64,000 bases of DNA from a virus, in IMG/VR virus record IMGVR_UViG_3300032261_000561; one strand, given 5' to 3'. Positions within the stretch are counted from its first letter, which is position 1, and each line of letters opens with the position of its first letter. Below are positions 9,694-19,111 of this stretch, in pieces. The notes under the pieces were generated by a model. It was given only the letters and a program-made list of their open reading frames with translations. It had not been told where the DNA came from and made no database searches. The translations under genes were made by a program, and so were the position numbers.

Positions 9694-10755
9694 TTAGGTG
9701 GTCTGCTGCTGCTCGGTAGCATGCTGCTTGGCGTGGCCCTGCATGCGTGCCCGCAGCGACTCGAAGGACTGGTCCTCGGCCGGTGCCACCTGCGTCTCGG
9801 GAGCCGGGGCGGCAGCTGGCGTTGGCACCCCGGGCAGCGGGATCGCCGGAGGAGCCGACGGCGCCGGTTCCGGATTGTGCGTGGTGGCCCGGTCGAATTC
9901 GCCGATACCGTCCTGGGCCTCGGTCGTCGCACCGTTACCCCAGCCTCCCGGCGATGAGAGTGCGGGCGCCGGGATCGGCTGACCGGGCATCGGGATCTGC
10001 GGCGGACCGCTGCTGGCCTGCGTCTGCTGTTGCTGCTGCTCGCCCACCAGCCAGAATTTGATGCGGCGCTCGCTGCCATAGTCGTCGGCGAACTCCTTGG
10101 CGGTCTGTGGGCAGTACATGTAACGATCGTTGGCGTTGCCATCCCATGGGCGCCCGTAGCCGTAGTACTCGATGACCACCTTGGGATCACGCAGCGGGTC
10201 GCTGGGGGTGGGATCCACCGGCACGATGGTGTACTTGGTTTCCAGCTTCTCGCCGCGCCGGGTGATCCGGTAGTCGCGATCCATGATGGTGCGGTACATG
10301 CCGAAGAAGCCGACCATCTGGTCCCAGAAGTTGTTGTGCCCCTGCTTGAACACGATGAATTTGCGGGCCCACAGCCCATCGGGGCGCTGGTAGGTGTCGT
10401 CTTCCAGCTCGAAGGTGGGGCGGGTGTCGCTGCCCGGCGTGGGCTGCACCATCTTCTGGCGCCGGGCCACACCCACACCGATGGTCCGCTTGACGCATTT
10501 GCCGTCCCAGCCGCCAGGCTGGACGTAGCGATTGACCAGGTTCTGTTGGGGATCGGGTACCAGGAAATCCTGGTACTTCCCGTTGGCACAACGGACATTC
10601 ACCGCGAAGTCGCTGGTGATGATGTCGTCGGTGAGGAAGCGAACGAATATCGATTCGCCGTCCGCGATCTTGAAGTAGTCCAGGCCGGGGGTGAAATCCC
10701 CGCGCGCGGCCGCTTCCTTCAGTGTTTGTTCCAGCGCGCCAAAACCAGTTTGCAT
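9694..10755 (-). CDS. Putative single-stranded DNA-binding protein (gp32-like)
   Basis: VRFLTD and RDYRITRRGEKLETKYTIVP motifs, Pro/acidic tail, next to dnaE; AAAGGA RBS before MQTGF. Confidence 0.7.
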   Translation of the reverse strand: MQTGFGALEQTLKEAAARGDFTPGLDYFKIADGESIFVRFLTDDIITSDFAVNVRCANGKYQDFLVPDPQQNLVNRYVQPGGWDGKCVKRTIGVGVARRQKMVQPTPGSDTRPTFELEDDTYQRPDGLWARKFIVFKQGHNNFWDQMVGFFGMYRTIMDRDYRITRRGEKLETKYTIVPVDPTPSDPLRDPKVVIEYYGYGRPWDGNANDRYMYCPQTAKEFADDYGSERRIKFWLVGEQQQQQTQASSGPPQIPMPGQPIPAPALSSPGGWGNGATTEAQDGIGEFDRATTHNPEPAPSAPPAIPLPGVPTPAAAPAPETQVAPAEDQSFESLRARMQGHAKQHATEQQQTT

Positions 10756-10810
10756 TTCCGTTGTCCTTTTTCCGAGTTTCACCAAAAAAGCCGGGATCAG
10801 CTTTGCGTTT

Positions 10811-11839
10811 TCAATTTCCCGGTGCGATCGACGCTACCACGCAGGTAAACAGTGCGAAAGAGTTTCCGGACGTGGGTTTCCAGAATCTGGGGATGCGCAC
10901 GATGTTGCCCATGTCCGACCACGTGGGCCTGCGGTCATTGGTCAGCTGCACTCTGATCGCTCGGGTGTAGCGGAACATCGGAGCCAGCGCCATAAGGTGG
11001 AAATACCACAGCTGGGCGACAAGCCGGTCGGTGTAGTGCTCGCCCTCGGAGAACCAATCCCAGTGGTCGTTGCCCGACGCGGTGTCGGCAGCGCGCATAG
11101 CCTGGGAGCGGTCCTGGGCAAAGACCCCACCGTCGCCTATCCGGCCGTCGGTGCGCCCCAGATCGTTGATGATCTCCTCGTCGGGCTGCTCGACGCGCTT
11201 GAAGAACGGGCTGAGGTCCTCGGCGTTCATCGACATCACGATCGGGTTGTCGGCCTCGATCTTCTTGCGGATCCGGCTGTCCACCCACTTCTCGCCCGAG
11301 CGCAGGTTGTCGTAACGCTCCCGGCGCTGGGGGTTGAGCAGCACCCTGGCGATCTCGCGCAGGTACATGAACTCCTCGGTGTCGGGCGCCCAGCCGGTGT
11401 CGGGGTGGGTGCGCCGGTACTTGGTGGCCAGCGCCTTGCGGATCTCGGCCTCGGTGGCATCGGGGCGCACGCCCAGCAGCCGGTAGTAACCGTTGGCATC
11501 CAAGCCGATCTTGCGGGGGATGCGCATCAGCGCCCGCGCGCAGCTGGGGTAACCCACGCCGGGACAGTGGTCGCGCGAGCTGAAGAATTCTTCCGCGCGC
11601 TGACTGGCCACCCAGACCGGGGTGGCGGGCAGGTTCTCTGGCTCGATGAAGTCGGGCCCGTAGACGTCCCACGGCGCCTCGGGCTCGGGACCAATACCGA
11701 GGGCCGCCTGGATGCTGTCGCGGCCGGGGTGACCCACCAGGGAGCGGTACAGGTCGTTGGCGCTGCTGGGGTGGCGCAGAAAGCGATCGCCGTCATCGGT
11801 CCCCAGAATCTCGTGGATGTGGGGGATCCGGCCCATCAA
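10811..11839 (-). CDS. J-domain (DnaJ-like) protein
   Basis: YYRLLGVRPDATEAEIRKA...THPD...VLLNPQRRERYD: J-domain with intact HPD. Confidence 0.88.
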   Translation of the reverse strand: MMGRIPHIHEILGTDDGDRFLRHPSSANDLYRSLVGHPGRDSIQAALGIGPEPEAPWDVYGPDFIEPENLPATPVWVASQRAEEFFSSRDHCPGVGYPSCARALMRIPRKIGLDANGYYRLLGVRPDATEAEIRKALATKYRRTHPDTGWAPDTEEFMYLREIARVLLNPQRRERYDNLRSGEKWVDSRIRKKIEADNPIVMSMNAEDLSPFFKRVEQPDEEIINDLGRTDGRIGDGGVFAQDRSQAMRAADTASGNDHWDWFSEGEHYTDRLVAQLWYFHLMALAPMFRYTRAIRVQLTNDRRPTWSDMGNIVRIPRFWKPTSGNSFALFTCVVASIAPGN

Positions 11840-12072
11840 ACCACCCTTTTACTGTGCGGAACGATCGGGTGAGCGGCCAGACTCTCCCGGCGGCGCTTTA
11901 CCAGCCCCCTGTGGCGTTCTGCCAGCTCTTGATGCGCTTTGAGGTTCTCACCATGGGCCTCAGTCAAACGCTCGCGCAGGCGGCTCTGACCCGGCTGCAG
12001 GACCACCCGGCCGGTGTCGGGGTGATAGTGGACCTTGTAACCGTCAGACAGGGTGTGTTCCACGGGATCCAT
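11836..12072 (-). CDS. Small hypothetical protein
   Basis: 78-aa ORF abutting both neighbours. Confidence 0.65.
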   Translation of the reverse strand: MDPVEHTLSDGYKVHYHPDTGRVVLQPGQSRLRERLTEAHGENLKAHQELAERHRGLVKRRRESLAAHPIVPHSKRVV

Positions 12073-13173
12073 TTAGCGCATCCCCTTCCGCACCTTCTCG
12101 GCGTCGTATTGGGCCCGCTTCATGAATGCGGGTACGGCCGAGTCCAACATCGCCTGGACTTCCTCTCTCGTGGAACAGTCTCCCAGATCTCGGCCGGGTT
12201 CGGGGTCCACCACCAGTACCTTGCTCACCGACAGGCCATTGACCAGGGTGCGCTCCCCGGCGCGACCGGCCGGGTCGTCGTCGAACCACACCGTGACCGA
12301 CGCGAAATCGTGCAGCAGTGCCAGCTGGCTGGGCGTCACCTTGGCGCCGAAAGTGGCCAGCACGTAGGGGATCCCCAGCGAATAGGCCTTGGCCACGCTC
12401 ATCGGACTCTCTACCACCACCACGTGTGTCATCTTGTGCATGTCCATCAGGCTGCGGGTGCGGCAGTAGTCGTAGCCGTAAAGCGTCTCCGCTTTGGGGA
12501 AACCCAGGCTGGACTTGTACTTCGGGTCCTGCTCAGCCGACTCCGGCCACGGGCCTGGTGGGATGGCGCGTTTCTGGAAGCCGACCAGCTGGCCTTTGAA
12601 GAAATGCGGGAACACAATCCGGTTGTCGGCCTCATCCCATCCCAGATGCAACATCTCGACGGCTTCCTCGGTGATGCCGCGCGACGTCAGGTAGGGATGC
12701 GGCATCGTCCACTGGATCCAGGGATTGAGGATCGACTCCCCGTAGGACGGCGGGGCCACCGTGTAGGCGCCCGGCGCGGCCATGGTGCGCACCAGCTTGT
12801 CTTTGAACGTCTCGTCGTCGTCGGGGCCCGCGTGGATCAGGTCGGAGACGGCCAGCAGCGCCTCGGAGAAGCTCTCCTTGCCCTCCATCTTCATCACCAG
12901 GTGGAAGAGGTCCCCGCGCCACTGGGACGCGTAGCAGATGAACTTGCGCTTCTCCACGTTGACCGACGCGCTCGGGTTGGCATCGCGATTTCTGTGGTGC
13001 GGCTCGACGCGGTCGATCAGGCAGCTGTGCACCAGCTCGGTGGTACCGTCCTCGCCGGGCTGCTCGGTGACGTGCTCGGCGCCGTAGTGGACGAGGACCT
13101 CGCGGGCGTCCAGCGAGTGCAGGTAGCGGTAGTACAGCCGCTCGTCGGCCAACGCCTGCATGCCGGTGATCAT
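12073..13173 (-). CDS. DNA primase (Zn finger + TOPRIM)
   Basis: SCL..VEPHH.NRDANPSASVN...FICY; YLTSRGI; RIVFP; PKYK; VVVVES; WFDDDPAG. Confidence 0.9.
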   Translation of the reverse strand: MITGMQALADERLYYRYLHSLDAREVLVHYGAEHVTEQPGEDGTTELVHSCLIDRVEPHHRNRDANPSASVNVEKRKFICYASQWRGDLFHLVMKMEGKESFSEALLAVSDLIHAGPDDDETFKDKLVRTMAAPGAYTVAPPSYGESILNPWIQWTMPHPYLTSRGITEEAVEMLHLGWDEADNRIVFPHFFKGQLVGFQKRAIPPGPWPESAEQDPKYKSSLGFPKAETLYGYDYCRTRSLMDMHKMTHVVVVESPMSVAKAYSLGIPYVLATFGAKVTPSQLALLHDFASVTVWFDDDPAGRAGERTLVNGLSVSKVLVVDPEPGRDLGDCSTREEVQAMLDSAVPAFMKRAQYDAEKVRKGMR

Positions 13174-14414
13174 TCGTCTAACACCCTGTCCATCGAAATC
13201 TCGGTGCGCCCGAACAGGTGCCAGTTCAACAGCCAGCTGGCGGTGCGCGATCGCCGGGCCCCTAGCAGCCGCATCTGCATCTGGTTGGCCTGCTCCATCT
13301 CGGCGTTACGCCACAGCCCCAGACACAGATCCGACGTCGCCTCCACCTCGGTGGCGTTAGCGAAGCTGTCCAGGCCCACCCCCTCATGGCGGCGCTGGCT
13401 CTCCCGGTTGAACTGGACGGCCAGCACGCACGGCACCCTGCCCGCCGACGCCCTACCGATCTCGGCTTTGAGCTGGCGCATGATCACACTGTGGTGCTCT
13501 TTGAGGTCGCGCACCCGCCGCGCGGGCTCCATAAAAGACAGCTGGTCGATGATCGGATAGGGCGCGTCGGCGTAGCGGGCCCGATTGACGATGGCCGCCA
13601 CGGTGCGGTCGCCTTCCTCAGGGGCCTCGACCTTAAGCCCACCCAGATCGGCCAACTCCTCCTGGCACGCCGCCAGGTGGCGCATCTCGTCCATGTTCAG
13701 CTTGGACTTGGACAGCCGGTCATAGCTGATGCCGCTGAACATGGCGTCCAGCCGGTCTTCGATCTCCTCCTTGGGCATTTCCAGGCTGAAGAAAATCGGC
13801 ACGAGGCCGGAGCGCCGGGCGGCGATCGCGACGTTGGCCAGCCACATCGTCTTGCCGGTCTTGGAGTAGGCGCCCACCACGCACAGCTCGCCAGGTAGTA
13901 GTCCGCCGACGTGGTCGTCGAGCGCGGGGATCCCCAGCGTCACACCCCGGCGCTGGCCTTCGGCGCGTTCTAGGTAGCGGGTGCGCCGCTCGACGATGTT
14001 GAGCGCCATATCAGATCGGCTATATCGGGGCGTGACATTCTCGGCCATGGAGTGGAATTCACTGCGCAGAAAGCGCACCGCCTCCTGTGGGTCAGCATGC
14101 GCGATCTTGGCGCCTTCCAGCATCTTTTCCTGGATCGCGGTGTTAGCGAAGTCGTTTTTGAGCTGCTCGGTAGCCCAGGTGGTGGACAAGTCCTCGTCGA
14201 TAGGCAGCTCGATGCCGGGGAACTGCTTGGTCAGTACGGCCAACGTTGGCATCATCCGCTGCTGCTCGGTGTGCCAGTAGTCGACCATGAAGTCGAACAT
14301 CGCCTTGCACACCAACTCGGTGAAGTGCACGCTGCGCAGCCCCAACTCCCACGCGGTGACCATCTCGCGATTGCTGGTCAAATTGGCCAGCAGGCGCCGT
14401 TCCAGCTCGCTCAT
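13170..14414 (-). CDS. dnaB: DnaB-like replicative helicase
   Basis: GGLLPGELCVVGAYSKTGKT, FFSLEM, IIDQL, AVQFNRES. Confidence 0.92.
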   Translation of the reverse strand: MSELERRLLANLTSNREMVTAWELGLRSVHFTELVCKAMFDFMVDYWHTEQQRMMPTLAVLTKQFPGIELPIDEDLSTTWATEQLKNDFANTAIQEKMLEGAKIAHADPQEAVRFLRSEFHSMAENVTPRYSRSDMALNIVERRTRYLERAEGQRRGVTLGIPALDDHVGGLLPGELCVVGAYSKTGKTMWLANVAIAARRSGLVPIFFSLEMPKEEIEDRLDAMFSGISYDRLSKSKLNMDEMRHLAACQEELADLGGLKVEAPEEGDRTVAAIVNRARYADAPYPIIDQLSFMEPARRVRDLKEHHSVIMRQLKAEIGRASAGRVPCVLAVQFNRESQRRHEGVGLDSFANATEVEATSDLCLGLWRNAEMEQANQMQMRLLGARRSRTASWLLNWHLFGRTEISMDRVLDE

Positions 14415-15190
14415 ACGATCGGTCGCCGCTTCTCTCCGACATCGACCTCGTCGTTTTCCAGCCTGAAATTGATGAGCCCGTAATCGGCGCCCTTCACCTC
14501 CACGTGGAAACAGGACCTCTTGAGCTGGCTTAACACCGCGCCACCGTAGCCCAGGTCGAGGTTGTCAGGCTCGATGTTGGTGGTCAGGATCGTCGGGCGG
14601 GCGTTCTGGGCACGATCGCGCAGAATGTGGTCAAAGGTGGTCTGCGGCAGGTTGTGGCTGGACCGTCCCTCCTTACCCAAGTCGTCGAGCAGCAGCACCT
14701 GGGTGTACATGAACCTGTCCTCGAACCACTGCTTCTTCGACTTGTCTCCCCAGGTGGCGGTGAACGCCTCGATCATCTTGGAGAAAGTGGTGGCGTAGCA
14801 CCTCACGCCTTGGCGGACCAGATGCTTGAGGATCATGTTGGCCAGGAACGTCTTGCCGGTGCCGAGAGGCCCCCACAGAATGACCCCCATCCCCCGATCG
14901 ACGTAAGCCTCCCAGTTCTGCAGGTAGTGGTCGACCGCCTTGTAAGCCTCTTCGTCACCGTGCCAGTCGGCCACGCTGGACCGCTGGAAAATTTTCCCGA
15001 TCCCGGCGGCGGTGTAGTGCTTGGCCAGCTGCTTCTGACGCTGGCAGTCGCAGTTGCGATCTTTACCCTGCCAGCGGTAAGTGCCCTTGTTGGCGCAGGT
15101 GGGACAAGTGGTCTTCAGATCCGGCCAGACCTGGTAGACGCGCTCGGCCTCCTCGGTGGACAACGCCAGATCGATCGAATCCCCGCTCAC
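14411..15190 (-). CDS. DnaC/IstB-like helicase loader ATPase
   Basis: CPTC...CDC Zn site, WGPLGTGKT, LLLDDLGKE, PTILTTN; GTG start at 15190 (GTGA overlap). Confidence 0.88.
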   Translation of the reverse strand: MSGDSIDLALSTEEAERVYQVWPDLKTTCPTCANKGTYRWQGKDRNCDCQRQKQLAKHYTAAGIGKIFQRSSVADWHGDEEAYKAVDHYLQNWEAYVDRGMGVILWGPLGTGKTFLANMILKHLVRQGVRCYATTFSKMIEAFTATWGDKSKKQWFEDRFMYTQVLLLDDLGKEGRSSHNLPQTTFDHILRDRAQNARPTILTTNIEPDNLDLGYGGAVLSQLKRSCFHVEVKGADYGLINFRLENDEVDVGEKRRPIV

Positions 15191-16248
15191 AGCAGCTCTC
15201 CCATCTCGATGCACGCCGCCGCTATCGCGTCCACGGCCACCCGCACCTGCTGCACGGTGACGGTCAGCGGCGGGGACAGCCGCAGAGTGGGCTGGATAAG
15301 CAGCCCCGCGTGGCGGCAGCGGCGGCGGAAATCCTGTGCCTGGCTCGGGGCGTTGAGTTTGATGGTGCGGATCAGCCCGATGCCCGGGGTGGAATGCAGG
15401 ATGTCGCTGAACTGCTCGCGCACCGTTTCCAGGTCGGTGCGCAGCGTGTCGGCCACGTTGCGGACCTGCGCCAGCAACGAATCGTTGATGCGCGGCACGA
15501 TCGCATTGCCCACCGCGCAGGCGATCGGATTCGGGGTGGGCGCAACGTGCGCGATCAGCTGGCGGAAAGCATCCGACTCGAACAACGGACCTGGCGCCAA
15601 CACCGCGTTGCACGGCAGGCCCCCGGTGCCCGCCGAACCGAGCAGGATGACGTCGGGGGTGACGTGGTACTGCTCGAACAGACCGAACGTGCCGGTGCGC
15701 CCAAAGCCGGTGTCCAGCTCGTCGGCAATGATCTTCAGCCGCTGCGCGCGGGCCCGGTGCACCTCATCCTGCACCTCGCCGCCTTCACGTGGCACCCCTT
15801 CGGGATCCAGCAGGCTCAGGAAGTAGCCGCCTTGCGACGGTGGGCAAATGCAGATCTGGGCGGCGGTCATGCGCGCCTCGTAGATCGACGGCGTGAACAT
15901 CACCTTCAGCGGCTGGCCGTCCTTCTGCGGAAAGCGCTCGGAGAGCAGCGCGGCGTAGTCGGCCACCAGCCGGTCCTGGTAATCACCGTAATCACCGAAC
16001 CAGGTGTGCTCCTGCAGCTGCACCAGCGCCATGTTGGCCACCTCGGGGTCACGGTGCCCGAACAACAGCTGAGAGCCGCCGTTGAAGTCCAGGTACTGCT
16101 CGCCGTACTCGTCCATGATGGTCGCGCCGATACCGCGTCCCATCGGGTGCAACAGGGACCCGGGATTCAGACCGGCCAGATAGGTCAGGCACTTCCGGCG
16201 GCCCTCCGCGAAATGTTGGTCAAGCAGGTCCTTGGCCGACTGATCCAT
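15187..16248 (-). CDS. Class-III (PLP-fold) aminotransferase-like protein, degenerate active site
   Basis: G.GA...DE.G..YLDF, GH.DPEV, IADELDTGFGRTG, PDVILLGSAGTGGLP, GIGL, LRLSPPL; catalytic Lys replaced by Ser; start at MDQSAK. Confidence 0.85.
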   Translation of the reverse strand: MDQSAKDLLDQHFAEGRRKCLTYLAGLNPGSLLHPMGRGIGATIMDEYGEQYLDFNGGSQLLFGHRDPEVANMALVQLQEHTWFGDYGDYQDRLVADYAALLSERFPQKDGQPLKVMFTPSIYEARMTAAQICICPPSQGGYFLSLLDPEGVPREGGEVQDEVHRARAQRLKIIADELDTGFGRTGTFGLFEQYHVTPDVILLGSAGTGGLPCNAVLAPGPLFESDAFRQLIAHVAPTPNPIACAVGNAIVPRINDSLLAQVRNVADTLRTDLETVREQFSDILHSTPGIGLIRTIKLNAPSQAQDFRRRCRHAGLLIQPTLRLSPPLTVTVQQVRVAVDAIAAACIEMGELL

Positions 16249-16795
16249 TCTTCGACGATGCCTTCGCTTTAGTCTTACGTTTACGCCGCGTCTTCTTCGG
16301 TGGCTCCGGCGCCCACCGGCCGGTCTTGGCCAGTTGAACGCGCCTGACAACCTCCTGCAACTGGTCGATGGAACGCATGCCGCCCTTCTGGTACAGCGAC
16401 ACCGCCATGTTCTGGATGACTTCGAGGTTGAACCGCCGGATCCCTTTCTTGCCGTGGCGCTCGGGCTCGATCGGACGGGGCTCGGGATTCTCGGGATCCA
16501 GCGGGGGATGATCGGGATCGTCCAGCGCGTAGTAGAACCAGCCGCCGCCGCCGTCGTCGCGCGAGCGCATCGCCCAGTACATCCACTGCGGGCTCTTACC
16601 GAAAAACTGCGCGGCCTCCTCGGTGTTGTAGACGCGCTCGATCCCCGACAGGTCGACGTCGATCGTCTCGATCTGCCGGAACACCTCGGCCACCGCTTCG
16701 ACGGGGATGGCCAGGCCCCGCCCGCTGGCTGATGCCGCGAACTGACGTGCGGCTGTGATAGCCCAGTCCTCCGAGCCAGCTTTTTCACGCTCCAT
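16220..16795 (-). CDS. HTH (MerR/excisionase-like) DNA-binding protein
   Basis: YNTEEAAQFFGKSPQWMYW...RRFNLEVI; basic C-terminus. Confidence 0.7.
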   Translation of the reverse strand: MEREKAGSEDWAITAARQFAASASGRGLAIPVEAVAEVFRQIETIDVDLSGIERVYNTEEAAQFFGKSPQWMYWAMRSRDDGGGGWFYYALDDPDHPPLDPENPEPRPIEPERHGKKGIRRFNLEVIQNMAVSLYQKGGMRSIDQLQEVVRRVQLAKTGRWAPEPPKKTRRKRKTKAKASSKNGSVGQGPA

Positions 16796-16809
16796 TACCG
16801 CTCCCGGGG

Positions 16810-17553
16810 TCAGGTCATCTTCCTGTCGTTGAGGCGCGGTGCCTTGGGCTCGCCGAAGGTCATGCACTCTCCAATGGTGTTGTAGAGCACAGGATCTTGC
16901 TCGGCCCGGTCGAACAGCTTCTTGAGGCTGAAGGTGTATTCGACGTGTGCCGGTACCTCCTCAGCCTCGCAGATCTCCTGCCAGACCTCCTCGCCCACCC
17001 GCATGCGCAGACGGCCCTCGTCCAGGGTGGGGTCGGTGTACCCCGCGCCTTCGCGCGAGAACTTCCGGCCGAACTCGGGTACATCCAGGGTGGCGTTGTG
17101 ATTCTGTGGATCCTTGACACCCTCGACGGCCAGCTGCGCATCCATGTGCGCGAACACCGCTACCTTGAGGACACCCTTGTTGTAGACGTCGAGAAGCTCG
17201 GTGGCTTCCTTGGCGCCCAGCCGGATGTCCATCAACGCCGCAGCCTGCTCAGCCGACAATGCTCCATCGTGCGTGGAGAGGTCCAAGGCGGTGATTTTGT
17301 TGACGAGCTGGCCCAGCCGCTCGCCCATGGCGATGAGGGCATCCATGCCACCCTCACCTTTTGCGTATTCGTCGAGCATCCGCTTGTACTCGGCCTTGCG
17401 TGCGGCCACCGTGGACGCCGACGATTCGTCCGCCAACGTCTCGGCGGAAGCCTTTTTGCGGAAGGTTTCCATCGCGATGGCGACGTCCCCACCGGCTGCC
17501 CGCAACAGCTCACCGATGGGGCTGAGAGCGATTTCGCTCTTTTCAACTGTCAT
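16810..17553 (-). CDS. Hypothetical protein
   Basis: 247-aa ORF with AGGAGACACAC-ATG RBS. Confidence 0.75.
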   Translation of the reverse strand: MTVEKSEIALSPIGELLRAAGGDVAIAMETFRKKASAETLADESSASTVAARKAEYKRMLDEYAKGEGGMDALIAMGERLGQLVNKITALDLSTHDGALSAEQAAALMDIRLGAKEATELLDVYNKGVLKVAVFAHMDAQLAVEGVKDPQNHNATLDVPEFGRKFSREGAGYTDPTLDEGRLRMRVGEEVWQEICEAEEVPAHVEYTFSLKKLFDRAEQDPVLYNTIGECMTFGEPKAPRLNDRKMT

Positions 17554-17578
17554 GTGTGTCTCCTTTTCCTACAACTTT

Positions 17579-17600
17579 AGTCTAACGTAGGCCCAAGACA
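17579..17600 (-). promoter_or_regulatory. Putative promoter of the replication operon (TGTCTT-N10-TAGACT)
   Basis: TAnnnT -10 element in the gap preceding the ~17.5-kb replication gene block. Confidence 0.4.
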
Positions 17601-17616
17601 TGCCCAAAGGACCGAT

Positions 17617-17910
17617 CTATCTGCCGCCTTGGCGCTGTTTGACGATCTCGCGCTGGGCGATCTGCACCATCTCTTCGAGCACCGGCGCCAGCACGCCGGT
17701 CTGGATCATCTGGAACGCCAGCTTGATCTCCTCCTGGGTGGGGATGGGATCGACCCACACCCCGTTGCGCTCCCAGCCCTTCCAGCCGATGGACGCCTCG
17801 GTACCCGGCTTGAGCCATTGGTCGGTGGTGCCGTTGACCGTGAGGGTGGCATCCATACGCACAGTCAATTTGAAGGAGTCGATACGGGTGGGTGGCTCGG
17901 GGTCGCTCAC
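17617..17910 (-). CDS. Hypothetical protein
   Basis: GTG at 17910 overlaps the upstream TGA; GAAGAGG RBS. Confidence 0.6.
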   Translation of the reverse strand: MSDPEPPTRIDSFKLTVRMDATLTVNGTTDQWLKPGTEASIGWKGWERNGVWVDPIPTQEEIKLAFQMIQTGVLAPVLEEMVQIAQREIVKQRQGGR

Positions 17911-18104
17911 AACCGGGCCTCTTCGTTGATCTGGACCTCGGCGGCGATCTGCTTCAGCTCGTAAGTCCACAGCCGGTCTTCAATCTCTTGGCGCCTGAAG
18001 TAGTCGGGGTCGTCGAACACCGGCCACCATTTGATCAGCAGCACCAGGTACACGGCCAGTGCGATCAGGATCGCGCTCACCGCCACGGTTTCAAGGACTT
18101 CCAT
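17907..18104 (-). CDS. Small membrane protein
   Basis: Hydrophobic N-terminal helix; GGAGACACAC RBS. Confidence 0.65.
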   Translation of the reverse strand: MEVLETVAVSAILIALAVYLVLLIKWWPVFDDPDYFRRQEIEDRLWTYELKQIAAEVQINEEARL

Positions 18105-18468
18105 TGTGTGTCTCCTCTGCTTGGCGCTGCAGCTCGTCGATCTTGAGCAGCGTCACGTCCTCCACCAGTCGGCGTTCGACCGGCGTAAGATCCTCCATCA
18201 TCTCCTGGCCGTAGACCCAGTGTTCGGCCAGCACCGCCAGCATCTGAGCCAGCAGATACGCCGGAAACCGGCCCTGCCGGGCCTCGACGAACTGCACCGA
18301 GCGCCGCAATGCCTCGCCGGGGGTGAGCAGCCTGCCGTGCAGAACCAGCTGCCCCTCGGCGCCCTCCACCCAGTCCTCCAAGAACGTCAGGAAAGCCACG
18401 CTGATCTCGCCGCCGCCAGCCAGCGCCGCCCGGCGCCCCTGCCAGCTGTCGGTGTCACGCGTCTTCAC
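18091..18468 (-). CDS. Hypothetical protein
   Basis: 125-aa ORF in the operon tiling. Confidence 0.6.
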   Translation of the reverse strand: MKTRDTDSWQGRRAALAGGGEISVAFLTFLEDWVEGAEGQLVLHGRLLTPGEALRRSVQFVEARQGRFPAYLLAQMLAVLAEHWVYGQEMMEDLTPVERRLVEDVTLLKIDELQRQAEETHNGSP

Positions 18469-18784
18469 GGCGGCAAGCCTCTAGGACGCGCTCGATGCCC
18501 GGGCGCGACGTCGGAATGGAGACGTGCGGGAAGTTTTTCTCCGGCATGTACGGCTTGGACGTCAGGTGATAGTGCTCGGCGTGCTCGCACTTGTACACCC
18601 GCTGCTCGCACCTCTGGCCCACCGCCCGCTGAATGCGTTTCAGCGCCTCTTTCGCATCGGCATGCGTCCGGTAGCCCAGCTTGCCGCCCGACGGCTCGCA
18701 GGGGCCTATGTCGAGGATTCTGGACATGCCGGAATGGCTGCGCCGGGACCGTTTGGAGCGCTGCTCCTTACCATGGCTGCTCAC
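18455..18784 (-). CDS. Small putative Zn-binding phage protein
   Basis: C...GK.GY.T...A..A...RVYKC.H..HYHLTSK pattern, recurrent in phage genomes. Confidence 0.6.
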   Translation of the reverse strand: MSSHGKEQRSKRSRRSHSGMSRILDIGPCEPSGGKLGYRTHADAKEALKRIQRAVGQRCEQRVYKCEHAEHYHLTSKPYMPEKNFPHVSIPTSRPGIERVLEACRREDA

Positions 18785-19071
18785 GGCTCGACAACTTTCA
18801 GCTCGGACCAGTTGTGCACCGCCAGGGCGCCGGGGCGGTCGTCGAACTCCACCATGGCGAAGTGCACATTGCGCTCGGACAGCCCCTGCGGACCGGCGTT
18901 GCAGCGCATCGTCAGCGGCAGCGGGTCGGCGGTCAGTCCCAGCTTCACCGCGATCTCATAGTCGCTCTCCTGCGAATAACGAGCCTTGGCCTCCCGGCTG
19001 GGTTTCCAGACCGTGCCCACATGGATGCCCACCGAGCAGCCCATCGACAGGCACTTGTATTCGACTCTCAC
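18781..19071 (-). CDS. Hypothetical protein
   Basis: 96-aa ORF; GGAAGG RBS; overlaps neighbours. Confidence 0.55.
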   Translation of the reverse strand: MRVEYKCLSMGCSVGIHVGTVWKPSREAKARYSQESDYEIAVKLGLTADPLPLTMRCNAGPQGLSERNVHFAMVEFDDRPGALAVHNWSELKVVEP

Positions 19072-19111
19072 TTTGTTTCCTTCCCGAGCAGGCTCGTGAT
19101 CCGGCTGGCGC

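Noticed and set aside
6211-14414. Inteins in DnaE or DnaB
   Set aside because: No C/S...HN-[CST] insertions seen and sizes are normal; only a short non-intein insertion in the DnaE PHP domain
14411-16867. Long N-terminal extensions in the ORF track (15613, 16788, 16867; likewise 6132, 57881, 62023, 23346)
   Set aside because: They overlap neighbouring real genes or a terminator; internal starts with stop/start overlaps or RBS fit better
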